DNA of 63,035 nt, filler included, from Octopus bimaculoides (GCF_001194135.2; 3 parts of 3 records of this genome joined end to end with filler, not necessarily neighbours in it), one strand, 5' to 3'. Shown: positions 16,147-29,230, numbered from the whole stretch's first letter. Notes: generated from the sequence alone by a model not told the origin. Translations and numbers: made by a program.

Positions 16147-17198
16147 AGGATTTAGTAGTATTTTCTCCGAGCAAAAGCAGGTGAACCATCCTCTAGTTAC
16201 ACTCAATCGTTTTAAAAAGGAAGACTACATTGGATATTTTAGACCGGGACAAACTTGTCTCTCTGGTTATTACTGAATTGACTCTTGTTATATAAATATC
16301 TTGTAGAGTTAGGAAAGATCTGGTGTAAACAACATTTTCTCTAAAAATATCTACGACATCCTCATTTCTCTCGGTGACTTTGATAATAAATATTGACGAT
16401 TTATTTGTAATTTCCTCCACATTCCGCTTTTTCTATTTTGTTACACTTATTTCCTCCAATATATTATATATTTCTTTCCCTTTCATTAATTTTGTTTTAT
16501 TTTGAAATAGAATATAGTGTACAAAACAACTAAAGTTTCTTGGTATAGAATGTATTCAACTTCGAGTGCAAAAATATTGTTAATTCCTTACTATCTATGA
16601 TGCTGAAGAAATCAAAACAAGTATAGAGTGAGGTCAAGTCGATCTTATATAATCGCTTTCAAGCAGTTGACGTGTATTTACGAATTGCTAAATCATTTAT
16701 AAAGTACGGTACACGTACCGTGTAACTCTCATTGGATTATATCTACGAAGAGTTACTTCTTATGTTAACCAGACTTGGCAGTTATGTTTGTCAGAAAGTC
16801 AAGTACGCTTAGCAATTTACTTGCTGTCCTTCTTTCTTACCTTCTTTTACATAATTTAGAATAAGACAACATGAATGAATATTTAAAAAGTCAACTATTC
16901 AATTTCTTTTTAACTTTTTGAAGTAGAAATATCTAAGGAATATTATTTGCTGTGTGTCTCTTGGCTTATATCCACGTTCAAAACCTAACTAGTGAATAAG
17001 AGAGGAGCATCTCTTTGTTTCTAATGTAACATAAAGAATATAGACCAATAATATACTGATACTGAGCGGGAGGGAGAAAATGTTTTGAATCGTGGGAAGG
17101 TCAACTTTAGCTTTCATGAAAAAAATATATGCGAGGCCGACCAAAACCTTTTGATTGGATATGATACACAAACTGAAAGGATGCTGTCGTATATGTAT

Positions 17199-17251
<53 letters not shown>

Positions 17252-17267
17252 TGTGTGTATTTTTGTG

Positions 17268-17470
17268 CATGTGTGTGTCTTCCATCATCGCTTGACATCC
17301 GAGGTTGGTGTATTTGCATCACCGCAACTTTGTGGTCCAGCAAAAGAGCCCGATACAATAAGTACCAGGCTTTAAAAGTAAATACTGGGGTCGATTCATT
17401 CGACTAAAAATTGAAGGTGGTCCCCCAGCATGGCCACATTTTAATAACTGAAACACGTAAAAAGTAAAAA
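17268..17470 (+). mobile_element. SINE family A, 3' half
   Basis: catcatcgcttgacatccg...aataagtaccagg...ctggggtcgattcattcgact...cagcatggccac. Confidence 0.8.
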
Positions 17471-18769
17471 AAAAAAAGGACAGCAAGTCCTGTGGTCAAT
17501 ACCTGTAAACTCTGTACTTCAGTGGTTCATATCTTCTATCTTTATTTGTCACATGATGAGATCGTACCCTTCATAATAATGGGTTTTCAAATACCGGATT
17601 TCAAATCACACCCAGTCTGGTTGCGCATCAACCTCTAGTGTTATGTATCTCACTGGAAAAATAACTCCGTATTTAATCCAATAAAATAAATGTTTAAAGA
17701 TTTGTGTTTACTGAATCAGTGAAAGCGCATATAATGTATTTAAAATTATACATTTGCTTTTTTTGCCAACGTGTATTATACCACTGCATTTTGGGTTATA
17801 TCGTTGATAACTGCAAAGAAAATATGATGAAAACAACTAAAAATAGCTCATTAATTTATTTTCACTTTTATACCCAATGACCCTGCAAGATGTATACGAG
17901 GGACATAGAAACATTAAATATGGACAAGTGTGGCTCGTATTTAGTGCCTTCTCTTCAAGATCATAAGGCTGTAGGTTCAATTCATGAAACCTGGTGGATT
18001 GTTGAATACTAGACCATAGTTGCTTGCGACAAATGGCAAAATATTTAATCTGAATTTATTTGTTTGACACGGTAAATTTAAATATTATAAACTAATATGA
18101 TCTATAATAGGAATGAGAATGAAGTTCTATACAAACGTTTGTCTTTTTGTTCTTTGTTTATTTATCCGTTAAATCTGTTATTGCATTTTATGATTCGGGA
18201 GGTAAAGTCGAATATATACCAGTAATGCGGTTGTCATTTCGACTAACTACGTCCTTTGACAACCTAACTGGACCAACATTACTGCTTTAAATTTATGTAA
18301 ATTGGTAATATACCTGTAAGCTAGCACACAAAACAAATCTACGATATGAGTATTTTTTCTACTTATTCTCCTCTTGTAGGTCAGTTAAAATACACAAACG
18401 CAAGCAATCACACGCACGCATGCACACACACATACACATATTCCCCCACATATAGCAACAACAACAACAAAACGAATACAACAACAACAACTAAATCAAG
18501 TCATAGCCAAGACGTCTTTTTGATCCTAATTTTAAGTAATTTCACATAAACACCAAATTAGCTAACGTTTCTTGATTTTCATATTAAGACATTAACACAA
18601 AATTATGACATTCATAGACAAAATGATGACATATTGCATTCTTTCCGACTACCAACACATACAAATATATAATATGCCCATCAGTACAAAAGTAATAAGT
18701 TCGGCAACATTTATCTTTCTTTTGCTTTACCCTGTGTCACATACATTTAAATTAAAAGGAAATAACCAA

Positions 18770-19165
18770 TAGGCGCAGCGGTGTGATAAGAAGATTGCTT
18801 TTCAACCATATCATCTTGGGTTCAGTCCCACTGCACAGCACGTTAGGCAAGCGTTATCAAGTGTTGCCTCTTGGCTGATCAAAGACTTGTGGGTGGATTT
18901 TGTTGACAGAAGCTACAATGAGACTACCGCAATATGTATGTTCACATGCGCATGTGTGCCCGTGTTTGTGTTTTTCTCCTAACACCGGTTGACAAACGGT
19001 GTAGGTTTGTTTACGTCCTCGTTATTTAGCAGTTCAGCAAACCTCAACAATAAAATAACTAAAAGGTTTAAAACTCAAATAAATTCTGGGGTATTTTGTT
19101 GCACTTCAGATCTGGTACGCCAGGATGGCCACAGTGTAATGTCTAAAACAAGAATAATATAAAGA
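18770..19165 (+). mobile_element. SINE family A, full-length diverged copy
   Basis: ggcgcagcggtgtgataagaag...gggttcagtcccactgcacagcacgttaggcaag head through caggatggccacagtgtaatgtctaaaacaag. Confidence 0.8.
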
Positions 19166-19799
19166 TATATACGAGTGTATAACAGAGGAAAAACGGCAAA
19201 ACACAGCATGAACGAGATTATTGATAGGTTTAAATATTAGCAGGATGCCAGTCAGAGATACAACGGTGACGCTATTTAGTAGACATAGAAGAAGACAAAA
19301 ACGTTATTTAGTCCGATCTTGAAACACCAAATAATTAAAAGTTTTAAAAAAAGAAAAAAATAGTGAAATAAAGAAGCCACAGGCTTATAAATGATTAAAG
19401 TCACAATACCCGCCACACATAAACACTCACACACACACACCTATATATGCATATGTAGATATATATACATACACACACACACATATATATATACACATAT
19501 ACGTGTGCGTGCGCGCACGCGCGATTGTGTGTAGATACATATGCTAATGAAATTGCGGATACAAATACTTACATATAAAAAGAAAATGAAGAAGTATATG
19601 GATGTATACATGTATTAAATATAAGACACATACATACACCTCACATACACAAACGCACACACGTAAACATACACACATGTGTACGTATGTGTGTGCATGA
19701 TCATTTCTGTAAAAGAAAAACCACTCAGAAAATCACAAAGTATTTATAAAAACATTTTAATCGATTTTATATATCTTTGTCTATAGAGCTGGTCTCCCG

Positions 19800-19911
<112 letters not shown>

Positions 19912-20199
19912 ATATGTATGTGTGTGTACGTATGTCCCTATATATATATATCAAGTATATGTATGCATGTATAATACCAGAAACCAATTATACACAGGCA
20001 CTCACATGTATATGTATATTACACACACACATTCACACACATGCACATATTCTCCAGGGAATCAATTATAAAATGCGCATCACAATCGTATTTTAGAAAA
20101 TAATGAAGGTATATATGTATGTGTGTATGTATGTATCAGGCCTACGTGCATGGGTTTGTATTAGTGTGCGTGTTTTCTTTTAACAAAGTTGCCATTTTT

Positions 20200-20600
20200 T
20201 CATTTTACTTTTTGCATTAACGTCGTGATGACAGAGATGAACCGATTAAAATCCACTAGAAACTTTAAATGAAACAACAACAAAAGACAACTAATCAAAA
20301 CGCCTCACCATCGCGGCCACCTGCCACAGACAAGATACCAAAATACTTACTGTAAAATTTGTGCGATTGTCAAAGAAGTTGTCTTTTAATGGTTGTGTGA
20401 TTTGTGCATATATCTCTAAAGAAACAAAATGGATGCAATAAATACAAAGATAAGTAAATAAATGATGGAAAATAAAAAAATAAAAATATTAAAAGGTTGG
20501 CAAATTAAATAAATGGATAAATCTATTGTCTGCAAAATTTTATAGCATTTAAATGTTCCTAGACAGTTTTCTGGTCATTCTGAGGTTATGAGAAGCACTT
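20200..20600 (+). mobile_element. Possible decayed piggyBac 3' end
   Basis: Cys-rich remnant (CHRQDT...TYCKIC) and gtcattctgaggtta terminus-like sequence. Weak. Confidence 0.3.
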
Positions 20601-20774
20601 TCATTAGATCACCACTATATATATATATATANNNNNNNNNNNNNNNNNNNTGTATATATATATGTATGTATGTATGTATATGTTTGTGTGTGTGTGTGTA
20701 TATATATATTTAGATATATACATATATATATATATACATATATATGTGTATATATATGTGTGTGTGTATTTATA

Positions 20775-20809
<35 letters not shown>

Positions 20810-21409
20810 CAAGTAGAGGCCTACTAACGCGCAGGCATGGAAACACATATATTCTTACATATATAAATACACATAAATAAATATGTATGTATATATATAT
20901 ATGCATACAGGAACATAGATTCATATACTACACGTGACTAGAAAAGAAGAGAGACTGTTTAAGTGTTTTCATTATAACATCATAAATTATGTGAACTTTA
21001 CATTTGATTCACTATCGAATACCACTATTTTGGGCGGTTATCTTCCCTGGTGCATTGCATAAAATGGAAACGTCACGCCTTCAGAAGAAAAAAAGAAATA
21101 TAATCCACTATCAGTTACCAACTCATTTGGACGGGAGTGCTAACGGAAAAATTGTATCAACGTATGAGCACAATTTTCTTCTCGTTTAAAATTTTGCATC
21201 AGCCCGCTTCACGTTTTCGTTTCACGTGTTTTCTTATATACTCACTGTCCAGCGGCTTTCTTTTTAATATATACAATACATAAACGGAGCGTGAAATATC
21301 GGTTGTTGATACATGGCGTATTTTATAGACATATCCATTTAACATATCGTGAAACTATTACTAGCTCTGTTGTTTCTGTATTTAACACAGGCACACAGAT
21401 ACACACACA

Positions 21410-21487
<78 letters not shown>

Positions 21488-22446
21488 TTAAAAGAGATTG
21501 ATTCAGCTTCATGGTACTTAAAGATTTGCAAGCCCCTAAGAAAAGACCTGAATTGTTTAGACTCAGATTACCGAATGGAGAAATGATTGGAATGACTTGA
21601 CTGCTGGAGTTCGTTGATGGCTATTAGAAAATGAACAGCTATTTATCAAGGCAGGTTACATGATGTTGTTAGAAGTGAGATGGGCATTTCAGTGTTACTA
21701 GGTGCATTAGGGAGGACAACTTCCTGGAGCGCATTCCTGGAGATCAAACTGGAAGTGGCTTGGCGTCTAGCTCGTCTTCGAAGAGTTTTGGAAGCTGACT
21801 GAAGCAAGGCCAGCAAATGTATGTGTGTTTTCAATACCAGATGTATTAGTGCGTGGATGTGGGTGTGTTGTATGATGTATGCTACTGAGTGAGTGTGTGA
21901 GTGTACGCGTGCGAATACGTGTACCTTAGTAGCTGATGTATAAATGCCACTGACCTCAAGTTTGCTTTTATCCTTTTAAGTTCGATAGAAAATTCTAACC
22001 CTTAGTAAATACTGACGGAATTGCAAGGATATCAGTCAGGATTCCTTGAAGCATTTGTTCCAGATTTTGCGTTCTGAGTTACCATTCCCCAACAGTTACG
22101 TGGTAGAATTAACCTGTTTCCCAGTTTAACATCATGAAGTGCCCTCTTGGGAATGTTTAGCCAAATGCATTCTGTAGGAAGCACTTAGATCTCCTTTCTG
22201 GTTCGAAGCTATCTTTCTCCATGGGACATACCAGTATCAGGGACCCTGTAATGAGACATGTATACAACCAATTTTCCTCATTAATATGTAAATAAAGCAC
22301 ACTTCACTTGTAGATAAATTGTTCAAAATGCTACGAGTGGGTAATGGGAGGGCTTATAAGCCAATCTATGGATAAATAATCTAATTAATAAACTAGTTAA
22401 GCTAGTTAAATACATGTATTTTGTGTATAATTACAGGGCAGTATAC

Positions 22447-22550
22447 AGGTGCAAACACGGCTATGTAGAAAGAAGTATACCTAACAACCACATGGTTCTC
22501 GGTTCAGTCCTACACCATGGTACATTGGGCAAGTGCGTTCTGCATTAGGA
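22447..22550 (+). mobile_element. SINE family A, 5' head only
   Basis: caaccacatggttctcggttcagtcctacaccatggtacattgggcaagtg. Confidence 0.7.
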
Positions 22551-22594
22551 CCGGTTGGAAAATTAACTTAAGCTCTGTGTTATTTAAAAAGTTG

Positions 22595-23413
22595 GGATCT
22601 TTTTGGTTTGACGGGCAACATTTTTCATTAATGTTTTATGTAGCGTTTTTGGTACCGAAACACTTTCAAACTTCGTATACTTGTATATTTTGTATTATAG
22701 AACAGATAACATTTTTTGTATTCGAAGTTATTTCATGTAAAAAGTTGTCGTATTTCGGTAATTTCAACCAATTACTGACGTCTTTTGATGTGGAAACAAT
22801 GGCGTGGAATGTAAACAACGGTGTCATGGGATCCTTTCTCTTGAATAAAATTAGTGCGGTTGTTTGTCAACAACAACTACCCGTGTTACTCTTATTTATT
22901 ACATCGTTCGTGCGTTTGTACTGGTTTTAGTTTTATGGTTAGGGATTGGGTTTTAGAGTTAGGGTTAGTTTTAGGATTACGGTTAGGGTTATGATTATTT
23001 TTGCCATAACCTCACTCATAACCCTAACCCTAACCCTAACCCTAACCCCAACCCTAACCCCAACCCTAACCCTAAAACCCTAACCCTAACTCTAAAACTC
23101 GAACCCTAACCCTAAAACCCTAAACCCTTACTAGGGAATAATGATATAATTAAACAGGGAATAACACTCTTGACACCGGTAAAAATTATTGTTTATAAAA
23201 AGAGCACTAACTGTATTCAGCTAAATAGACATCAGTGACTGGTTGAAATTACAGAAATACGACAACTTTAACATGAAATAACTTATTAAGAACTATTTTT
23301 TGTTAAGAAGGCTAAGAGAAAAAAATGTTTTATATGACACATTCTACCAGTATCCCAAGTTTGAAAGTGTTTCGTTAAGAAAACAAGTCTTGCCCGTCAA
23401 ACCAAAAAGGTCC
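22595..23413. mobile_element. Fold-back non-autonomous DNA transposon with GGATC-type termini and 8-bp TSD (Merlin- or hAT-like)
   Basis: Ends are GGATCTTTTTGGTTTGACGGG...CCCGTCAAACCAAAAAGGTCC. AAAAGTTG is duplicated at 22587-22594 and 23414-23421. Imperfect inverted arms of about 200 bp. Confidence 0.8.
22925..23130. repeat. Degenerate (TTAGGG)-like tract followed by (CCCTAA)n tract
   Basis: ggttagggatt...ggttagggtta at 22925-22990; aaccctaaccctaacc... at 23015-23130. Confidence 0.8.
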
Positions 23414-23688
23414 AAAAGTTGTTCTTATGGTCATTGATTGTGATACGAGATCTAATAGGTGTGAAAGCTTCTGTTCTATCACCCATATTGTAATCAGTCA
23501 TAATTTTCTTAGCCTTTAAGTTGATTGATTTAAGGGTGCTTCTGGGAACTACTATATTTTCTGTGATTTGTTTATGGATAAGTTTATGGTAGTGTTTCTT
23601 GTTTTGTCTGAATGTACTATGATTGCATGTTTAGAATTTTGTTCATGAATTAAGTTCCTTAGCTTCCTCTGGTGTTCATTATACCTAA

Positions 23689-24124
23689 GGGGGGTCAAAC
23701 TAAAGCGCTTGACCCGAGCTCAAAAACGAAAAAAAATTAATGTAATAGGTTTAAAACAACTTGCTGGGAACGAATATGAAAAAACAAATGCGCGCTCGCG
23801 AACGGGGGTGGGTGGGGAGAGGACTCGGAACATTCACATCCTGAATGTTTCGATCCCTCTCCCCACCCCCGTTTGCGAGCGCGCGTTTTTTTTCATATTC
23901 ATTCAAAACAAGTTGTTTTACATCTATTACACTATTTTCTTTTGTTTCTTGGCTCCGGTGAGGCGTCTTGGAACATTCAGGATGTGAATGTTCCGAACCC
24001 TCCTCCCTCCGTTCGCGAGCGTGGATCTATTTTTTCATATTCGTTCCAAGCAAGTTGTTTTACACCTATTAAACTATTTGTTTTTCTGTTTTTGAGCTCG
24101 GGTCAAACGCTTTAGTTTCGGCCC
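23689..24124. mobile_element. PIF/Harbinger-type (Tourist-like) MITE
   Basis: TAA flanks both ends (23686-23688, 24125-24127). Termini GGGGGGTCAAACTAAAGCG / CGCTTTAGTTTCGGCCC. Long internal inverted arms. Confidence 0.8.
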
Positions 24125-25226
24125 TAAGGTAGTGTTTATTAAATTATATGACCTTAACAGGGGACCAAAGTTCGTGTTCGAATGCATCAAGGTGGCTGTT
24201 TGGTAGTGGTATCCTTCTAGTCCTGAATATTCCGGTGGTATGATCCTTATCATCTATGGTGTTGGTGTTTGTGTCGGGATGAGTTGGTTCAATCTTCCAG
24301 TCCGGCCGTAGTCTATGTGTGAATTCTCTGATTTAAAACATTAGCTCTTTAAGATATATATATTCTTAGGAGGGATAGGAATGTCCTTTAGAGATGAGTC
24401 AATTTGTATAAGCTCCATTTTACTTGTTTATGTTACTTATTTATGTAATTACTAAATAGTAATACCTAAATAGTATATAAACAAGAAATAGATATGGTAT
24501 ATCGAAAGGTAGTTATGTTAAATGTTAAAATAACCGTCTAAGGGATAAAATTATCCCAAATACTACCGGTATGATACCTATATTTAAACATGGGCAAAAA
24601 TGTTATGCTCATAAATTATAGGGAAAGACAAAGATAAACAGTCTATCAGGAATCAAAATTTAAAGAAAGCAGTAAATGGAGATAACACTGATGGACAACA
24701 ATTGATCTGCATCAATTATTATTTATTAATAATTTACAAAAAGTCTGCGTCCCATCTAACAGCTGTTTCTGCTGGTAATGTACTTCGGAATTACCATTAT
24801 GATGCTAACAAAATATTTATCATAGTTGGTAAGCGAATATCTATCATAGTTGGTGAGAATCATGCCATGTTGCGTGCAAAAGCCATTGGACGATCAGTAA
24901 TTGACCAAAATTTAAAAGAAAAAGAGTATTTAGTAGGATATGTCTATGTACGAAAGGCGCATAACTTAGAAAAATAATAGCGATTTACGCAAATACGATA
25001 GGTCAAGGAGGTGCAAAAATACAACAAAGCGTTAGTAAAAATATTTATGTTTATAGTACTATGTAATGGTATTTATAATAATAAATTGCCTATCGATTCA
25101 ATATAAATTTTCACTTACTACTAGTAGGCATTTCAGTCAGTCCACCTATTGCCCAAAGTAGCTCGGTAGAATTTTGGATACCTCCACCCCTTAGACGGTT
25201 ATTTTAACCTCTCCAGCTCAGCTAAA

Positions 25227-25281
<55 letters not shown>

Positions 25282-25374
25282 GTATGTATGTATATGTGCG
25301 TGTGTGTGTGTCTCTCTCTCTCCCTATATATATATATGTATATGTATGTATGTATGTATGTATGCATGAATGTA

Positions 25375-25575
25375 TTCGTGTGTCTGTGTTTGTTCCCCCA
25401 CCATCGCTTCACAAGCGATGTTGGTGTGTCCCCGTAATCTAGTGTTTCGGAAATAAAGATTGATAGAATAAGTAATAGGCTTACAAAGAATAAGTTCTGG
25501 GGTCGATTTGTTCGACTAAAATTGGTGCTCCAGCGTGACCTTAGTTAAATGACTGAAACAAATAAAAGAAAAAAT
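25375..25575 (+). mobile_element. SINE family A, 3' half
   Basis: ccaccatcgcttcacaagcgatgttggtg...aataagtaataggcttacaaagaataagttctggggtcgatttgttcgact. Confidence 0.85.
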
Positions 25576-25881
25576 ATAATAGAACATACAGTAGTGGGCA
25601 CTCTCCATAAATGCATTATTCATCTACGTATGTATTATTTCAACATAGATACCACCGCCGTAATTCACATCTATTATGGGACGTCTACAAGATTTGGGTG
25701 AGACTCTCCAAATTTGATACAAGCTTTGAGTCTGTAGGTCCACCATTTCTCTCAAAGCGATATGTGTAGATTGATATTCTTATCACACGACTTGCAAATA
25801 AATCGATATCGTTACTGAATATAACAAATTCATACTTTACGCTTTCTAACCTCAACTGCTTTCTACATAGTATCAGTAGTG

Positions 25882-26922
25882 GGATCTTTTTGGTTTGACG
25901 GGCAACACTTGTTTTCTTAACGAAACACTTTCAAACTTGGGATACTGGTAGAATGTGTCATATAAAACAAGTTTTTCTCTTAGCCTTCTTAACAAAAAAT
26001 TGTACATCGCAAGTTATTTCATGTTAAATTTGTCGTATTTCTGTAATTTCAACCAATCACTGACGTCTATTCAGCTGAATACAGTTACTGCTGTTTTGTA
26101 AACAATACTTTTTTGCCGGTGAGAAAAATGTTATTCCCTGTTGACATATTTCATCCGGTTTTTTGGTTTCTTTTATTTTGAAGCAGACAAAATTACAGAA
26201 AAATGGTAATTTATACGCATATATTGTTTATATAATAAATTACGCTGTGCGTATCTGTGTTTGTAACAATTTTTCGCTAGTACTCAGTAACACATTTTCT
26301 AAATGATGGTAGAGTTTGATTTGAAGAAGATTTGGCTACTATTATGCTTGAATTACACTATTCTACTTGTTTCAGCTGATTGAATAATAGGTAATAAGGG
26401 GAAAAAGCCATCAAAATACTTGAATATTGCCTGCACTTGTTATTGGAGCTGGCAGAATTATTAACGCACCTCCTCCAAGTGCATCATTTCCTAGAAATAG
26501 CAGTCAAATCTTCTTCCAATCAAACAAGTGCTGGCAATATTCAAGTATTTTGATGGCTTTTTCCCCTTTTTAGCTATTATCCAATCAACTGATACAAGTA
26601 GAATAGTGTAATTCAAGCATATTAGCAGGAGCTAATAAACCTTTCTATTATAGGCACAAGGCCTGGGTTTTGAGGGAAGGAGCAAGTCAATTATATTAAT
26701 CCCTACGAACAGTCTAGTTAATCGGATATGTCAGAACTAACAGGGATTAATACCATATACACCGCCACATCAGTAACTGTATTCAACTGAATAGACGTCA
26801 GTGATTGGTTGAAATTATCGAAATAAGACAATTTTTAACATGAAATAACTTCAAATACAAAATTGTTTATCTGTATACGAAGTTTGAAAGTGTTTCGGTA
26901 CCAAAACACTACATAAAACATA
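25882..26922. mobile_element. Second GGATC fold-back element, opposite orientation to 22595; right end lost in a gap
   Basis: Starts ggatctttttggtttgacgggcaac. Its left arm matches the right arm of 22595-23413, and 26760-26922 matches that element's left arm. Confidence 0.75.
26314..26622. repeat. Internal ~100-bp imperfect inverted repeat with permuted flanks
   Basis: 26341-26441 is the near reverse complement of 26523-26622; 26314-26342 is the near reverse complement of 26496-26524. Confidence 0.75.
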
Positions 26923-27012
26923 NNNNNNNNNNNNNNNNNNNNNNNNNNNNNNNNNNNNNNNNNNNNNNNNNNNNNNNNNNNNNNNNNNNNNNNNNNNNNN
27001 NATATATATATA

Positions 27013-27046
<34 letters not shown>

Positions 27047-27299
27047 CATTGATAGATTAATTAGATTGGAGCATGAATTCAGGTTATCTGATAACCGAAA
27101 CAGCTGTAAGTCTCTAGTAAATGTATGTGCATAACCCATTATTCCTGTCCATCTTATATATATGAAGGCAAATCAGAAGCCAGCTACGCAATAAATATTC
27201 TACTAAACTGTCCAAAAGAGCTATAGAAAATTTTGGATTAACTGACATGGTCTGAATATTTTTCTTGCGATATCAGGATATCAGGTCAAGCAAAGAGGA

Positions 27300-27660
27300 C
27301 TCGTGGTGAACCCCTTTTCAGAGAGCAAGGGCTTCATATGTACCTATTAGTAACCCCCGGTCAGATACTGAGCAAATGTTTTGGAAAATTTGATGGAGCT
27401 AATGACAGATTTCGTCGAAAGAGGCCAGCGGAATGGTACCAGGATAATATGAAAGGTAATTCCATCTTGGTAATCGATCGCTTGACAGGCATAGCATCCA
27501 AAATGTCGCTCACATTCCTAACAGTGCAGACAATGATCCACATCAATTTTGGTTGTTTTCCAAGCTGAAGAAGAAGACAAAGGAGGCTATGACAAGGATC
27601 CTGGACATCCTCCTATTGGATGACGTCCATGGACGTTCACATAATGCCTGGAGAGCTGCA
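27300..27660 (+). mobile_element. Possible RTE-type LINE 3' fragment
   Basis: GKFDGANDRFRRKRPAEWYQDNMK resembles the G..EG.R.RGRP..W.DNI C-terminal motif. Confidence 0.35.
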
Positions 27661-27820
27661 ACAATTGCGCTGAAATCTGAGAATGAGACTAGAGTTCTCT
27701 ACTTCTTTATAATTAATAAATATCACTCTTGAAAAGGTCTCCAAATCTATGGAATGCATATATACATATATGCATACATACATACATACATACAGACAGA
27801 TAGAGAGACATACATACATG

Positions 27821-27860
<40 letters not shown>

Positions 27861-28924
27861 CGTACATACATGTGTGTGTGTGTGTGTCTGTGCGTAAGTA
27901 AGAAAGTAGTATGTTATAGGATTAAATGAGGAGAGCTGAACAGTAAAAGTTCGTAGAAACACTCTCAACTGCAGCCGTTCCTTGAAATTCAACGTATCTC
28001 CATATGCAGAAATATATTGATTTCAGAAGACATCGAAAAGATTGTAATTAGAAGAAGGAGCATATTTCCAGTAAACACAGGAATATTAACAGCGTGTTTT
28101 CTAAATTGATCTAGCCAGTCCCATATTATATATATAATGTATGCAATCTTTTCCTTCCTTCATCCTGGAATGAGAGACTTGTCGCAAAGGGATTTTACAT
28201 TATTAATCTTTAACTCCGCTTACTAAAATTGTCAGCGTTACTGTCATATTTTGGAAATTCCGCAATGAAACTACGCACCACTGTCATAAATTAGTTAAAG
28301 AACGTTGATTACAAGGATACACACACACATACACACACAAAGATATATAGACATACAAAAATGAGCGTGCATGAATATATATATGCATACATATATACAT
28401 ATATATGCATACGTATAAACATAATATATACGCGCGTATGTACAAGAATGTATTCTGCATGTATATATATATATATATATATNNNNNNNNNNNNNNNNNN
28501 NNNNNNNNNNNNNNNNNNNNNNNNNNNNNNNNNNNNNNNNNNNNNNNNNNNNNNNNNNATATATACACGCATGTATGTATATGAGCATATATGTGTATAA
28601 ATGTGCACAGGTGTGAGAATGTTTGTATCATTAAATACATGTATATATGTGCCTATGCACATGTGCAAGTGCGTGTGAGTGTTGGTGTATATGGACAAGA
28701 GAGAAAAATCAATTATGATTTTCTCTAAGGCCACTTTCATCAAAAACTTATTCATTATTGAAAGTATTTTACCTCGCAAATGGGATCGAGCGTTAAAATG
28801 TGTATCACAGCACTCAAGGTTTGAAAATATGTCACTGCGACATTACGATATCTATTATGCCTGGTACTTATTCTATTGTTACTTCATTCCCCAGCCGCTG
28901 AATTATGTGGACGTATATAAAGTA

Positions 28925-28997
28925 ACAACAATTGTCAAGCGTTGGTGGGGTACAAAGTCAGACACAAAAACACGCACATACATAGCCACATACACAC

Positions 28998-29072
<75 letters not shown>

Positions 29073-29230
29073 CGACAAATTTCTTTCATTCTCTATCTTC
29101 TAAATCCACTCACAAGGCTTTAGTCCGTACGGTGGTTTAGTAGAAGACACTTACCCAAGATGCCACACTGTGGGACTGGACCTGGAACCATGTGGATAAG
29201 AAACAAACTTTTTACTACTTTCCACACCTG
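28925..29230 (-). mobile_element. SINE family A (head plus internal (CA)n)
   Basis: aaatccactcacaaggcttt...agaagacacttacccaagatgccacactgtgggactggacctggaaccatgtgg. Confidence 0.8.

Larger units (their letters stand above)
15658..17637. mobile_element. ~2-kb segment bounded by a perfect 51-bp inverted repeat (TA plus 49-bp TIR); candidate Tc1/mariner-type non-autonomous element
   Basis: 15658-15708 tagaggttgatgcgcaaccagactgggtgtgatttgaaatccggtatttga is the exact reverse complement of 17587-17637. No transposase is visible inside. Confidence 0.65.
22555..24370 (-). mobile_element. Decayed Penelope-like RT N-terminal relic, interrupted by two DNA-transposon insertions
   Basis: Removing 22595-23413 and one TSD copy restores the minus-strand frame RITINDHKNNFLNNTELKLIFQP, resembling the ITLKDHK.NF.NN..C.LINP motif of Penelope-type RTs. 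Confidence 0.45.

Noticed and set aside
16193-16420. 75-aa minus-strand ORF inside the 51-bp inverted-repeat segment
   Set aside because: No recognisable motif, non-ATG start and no clear splice sites.
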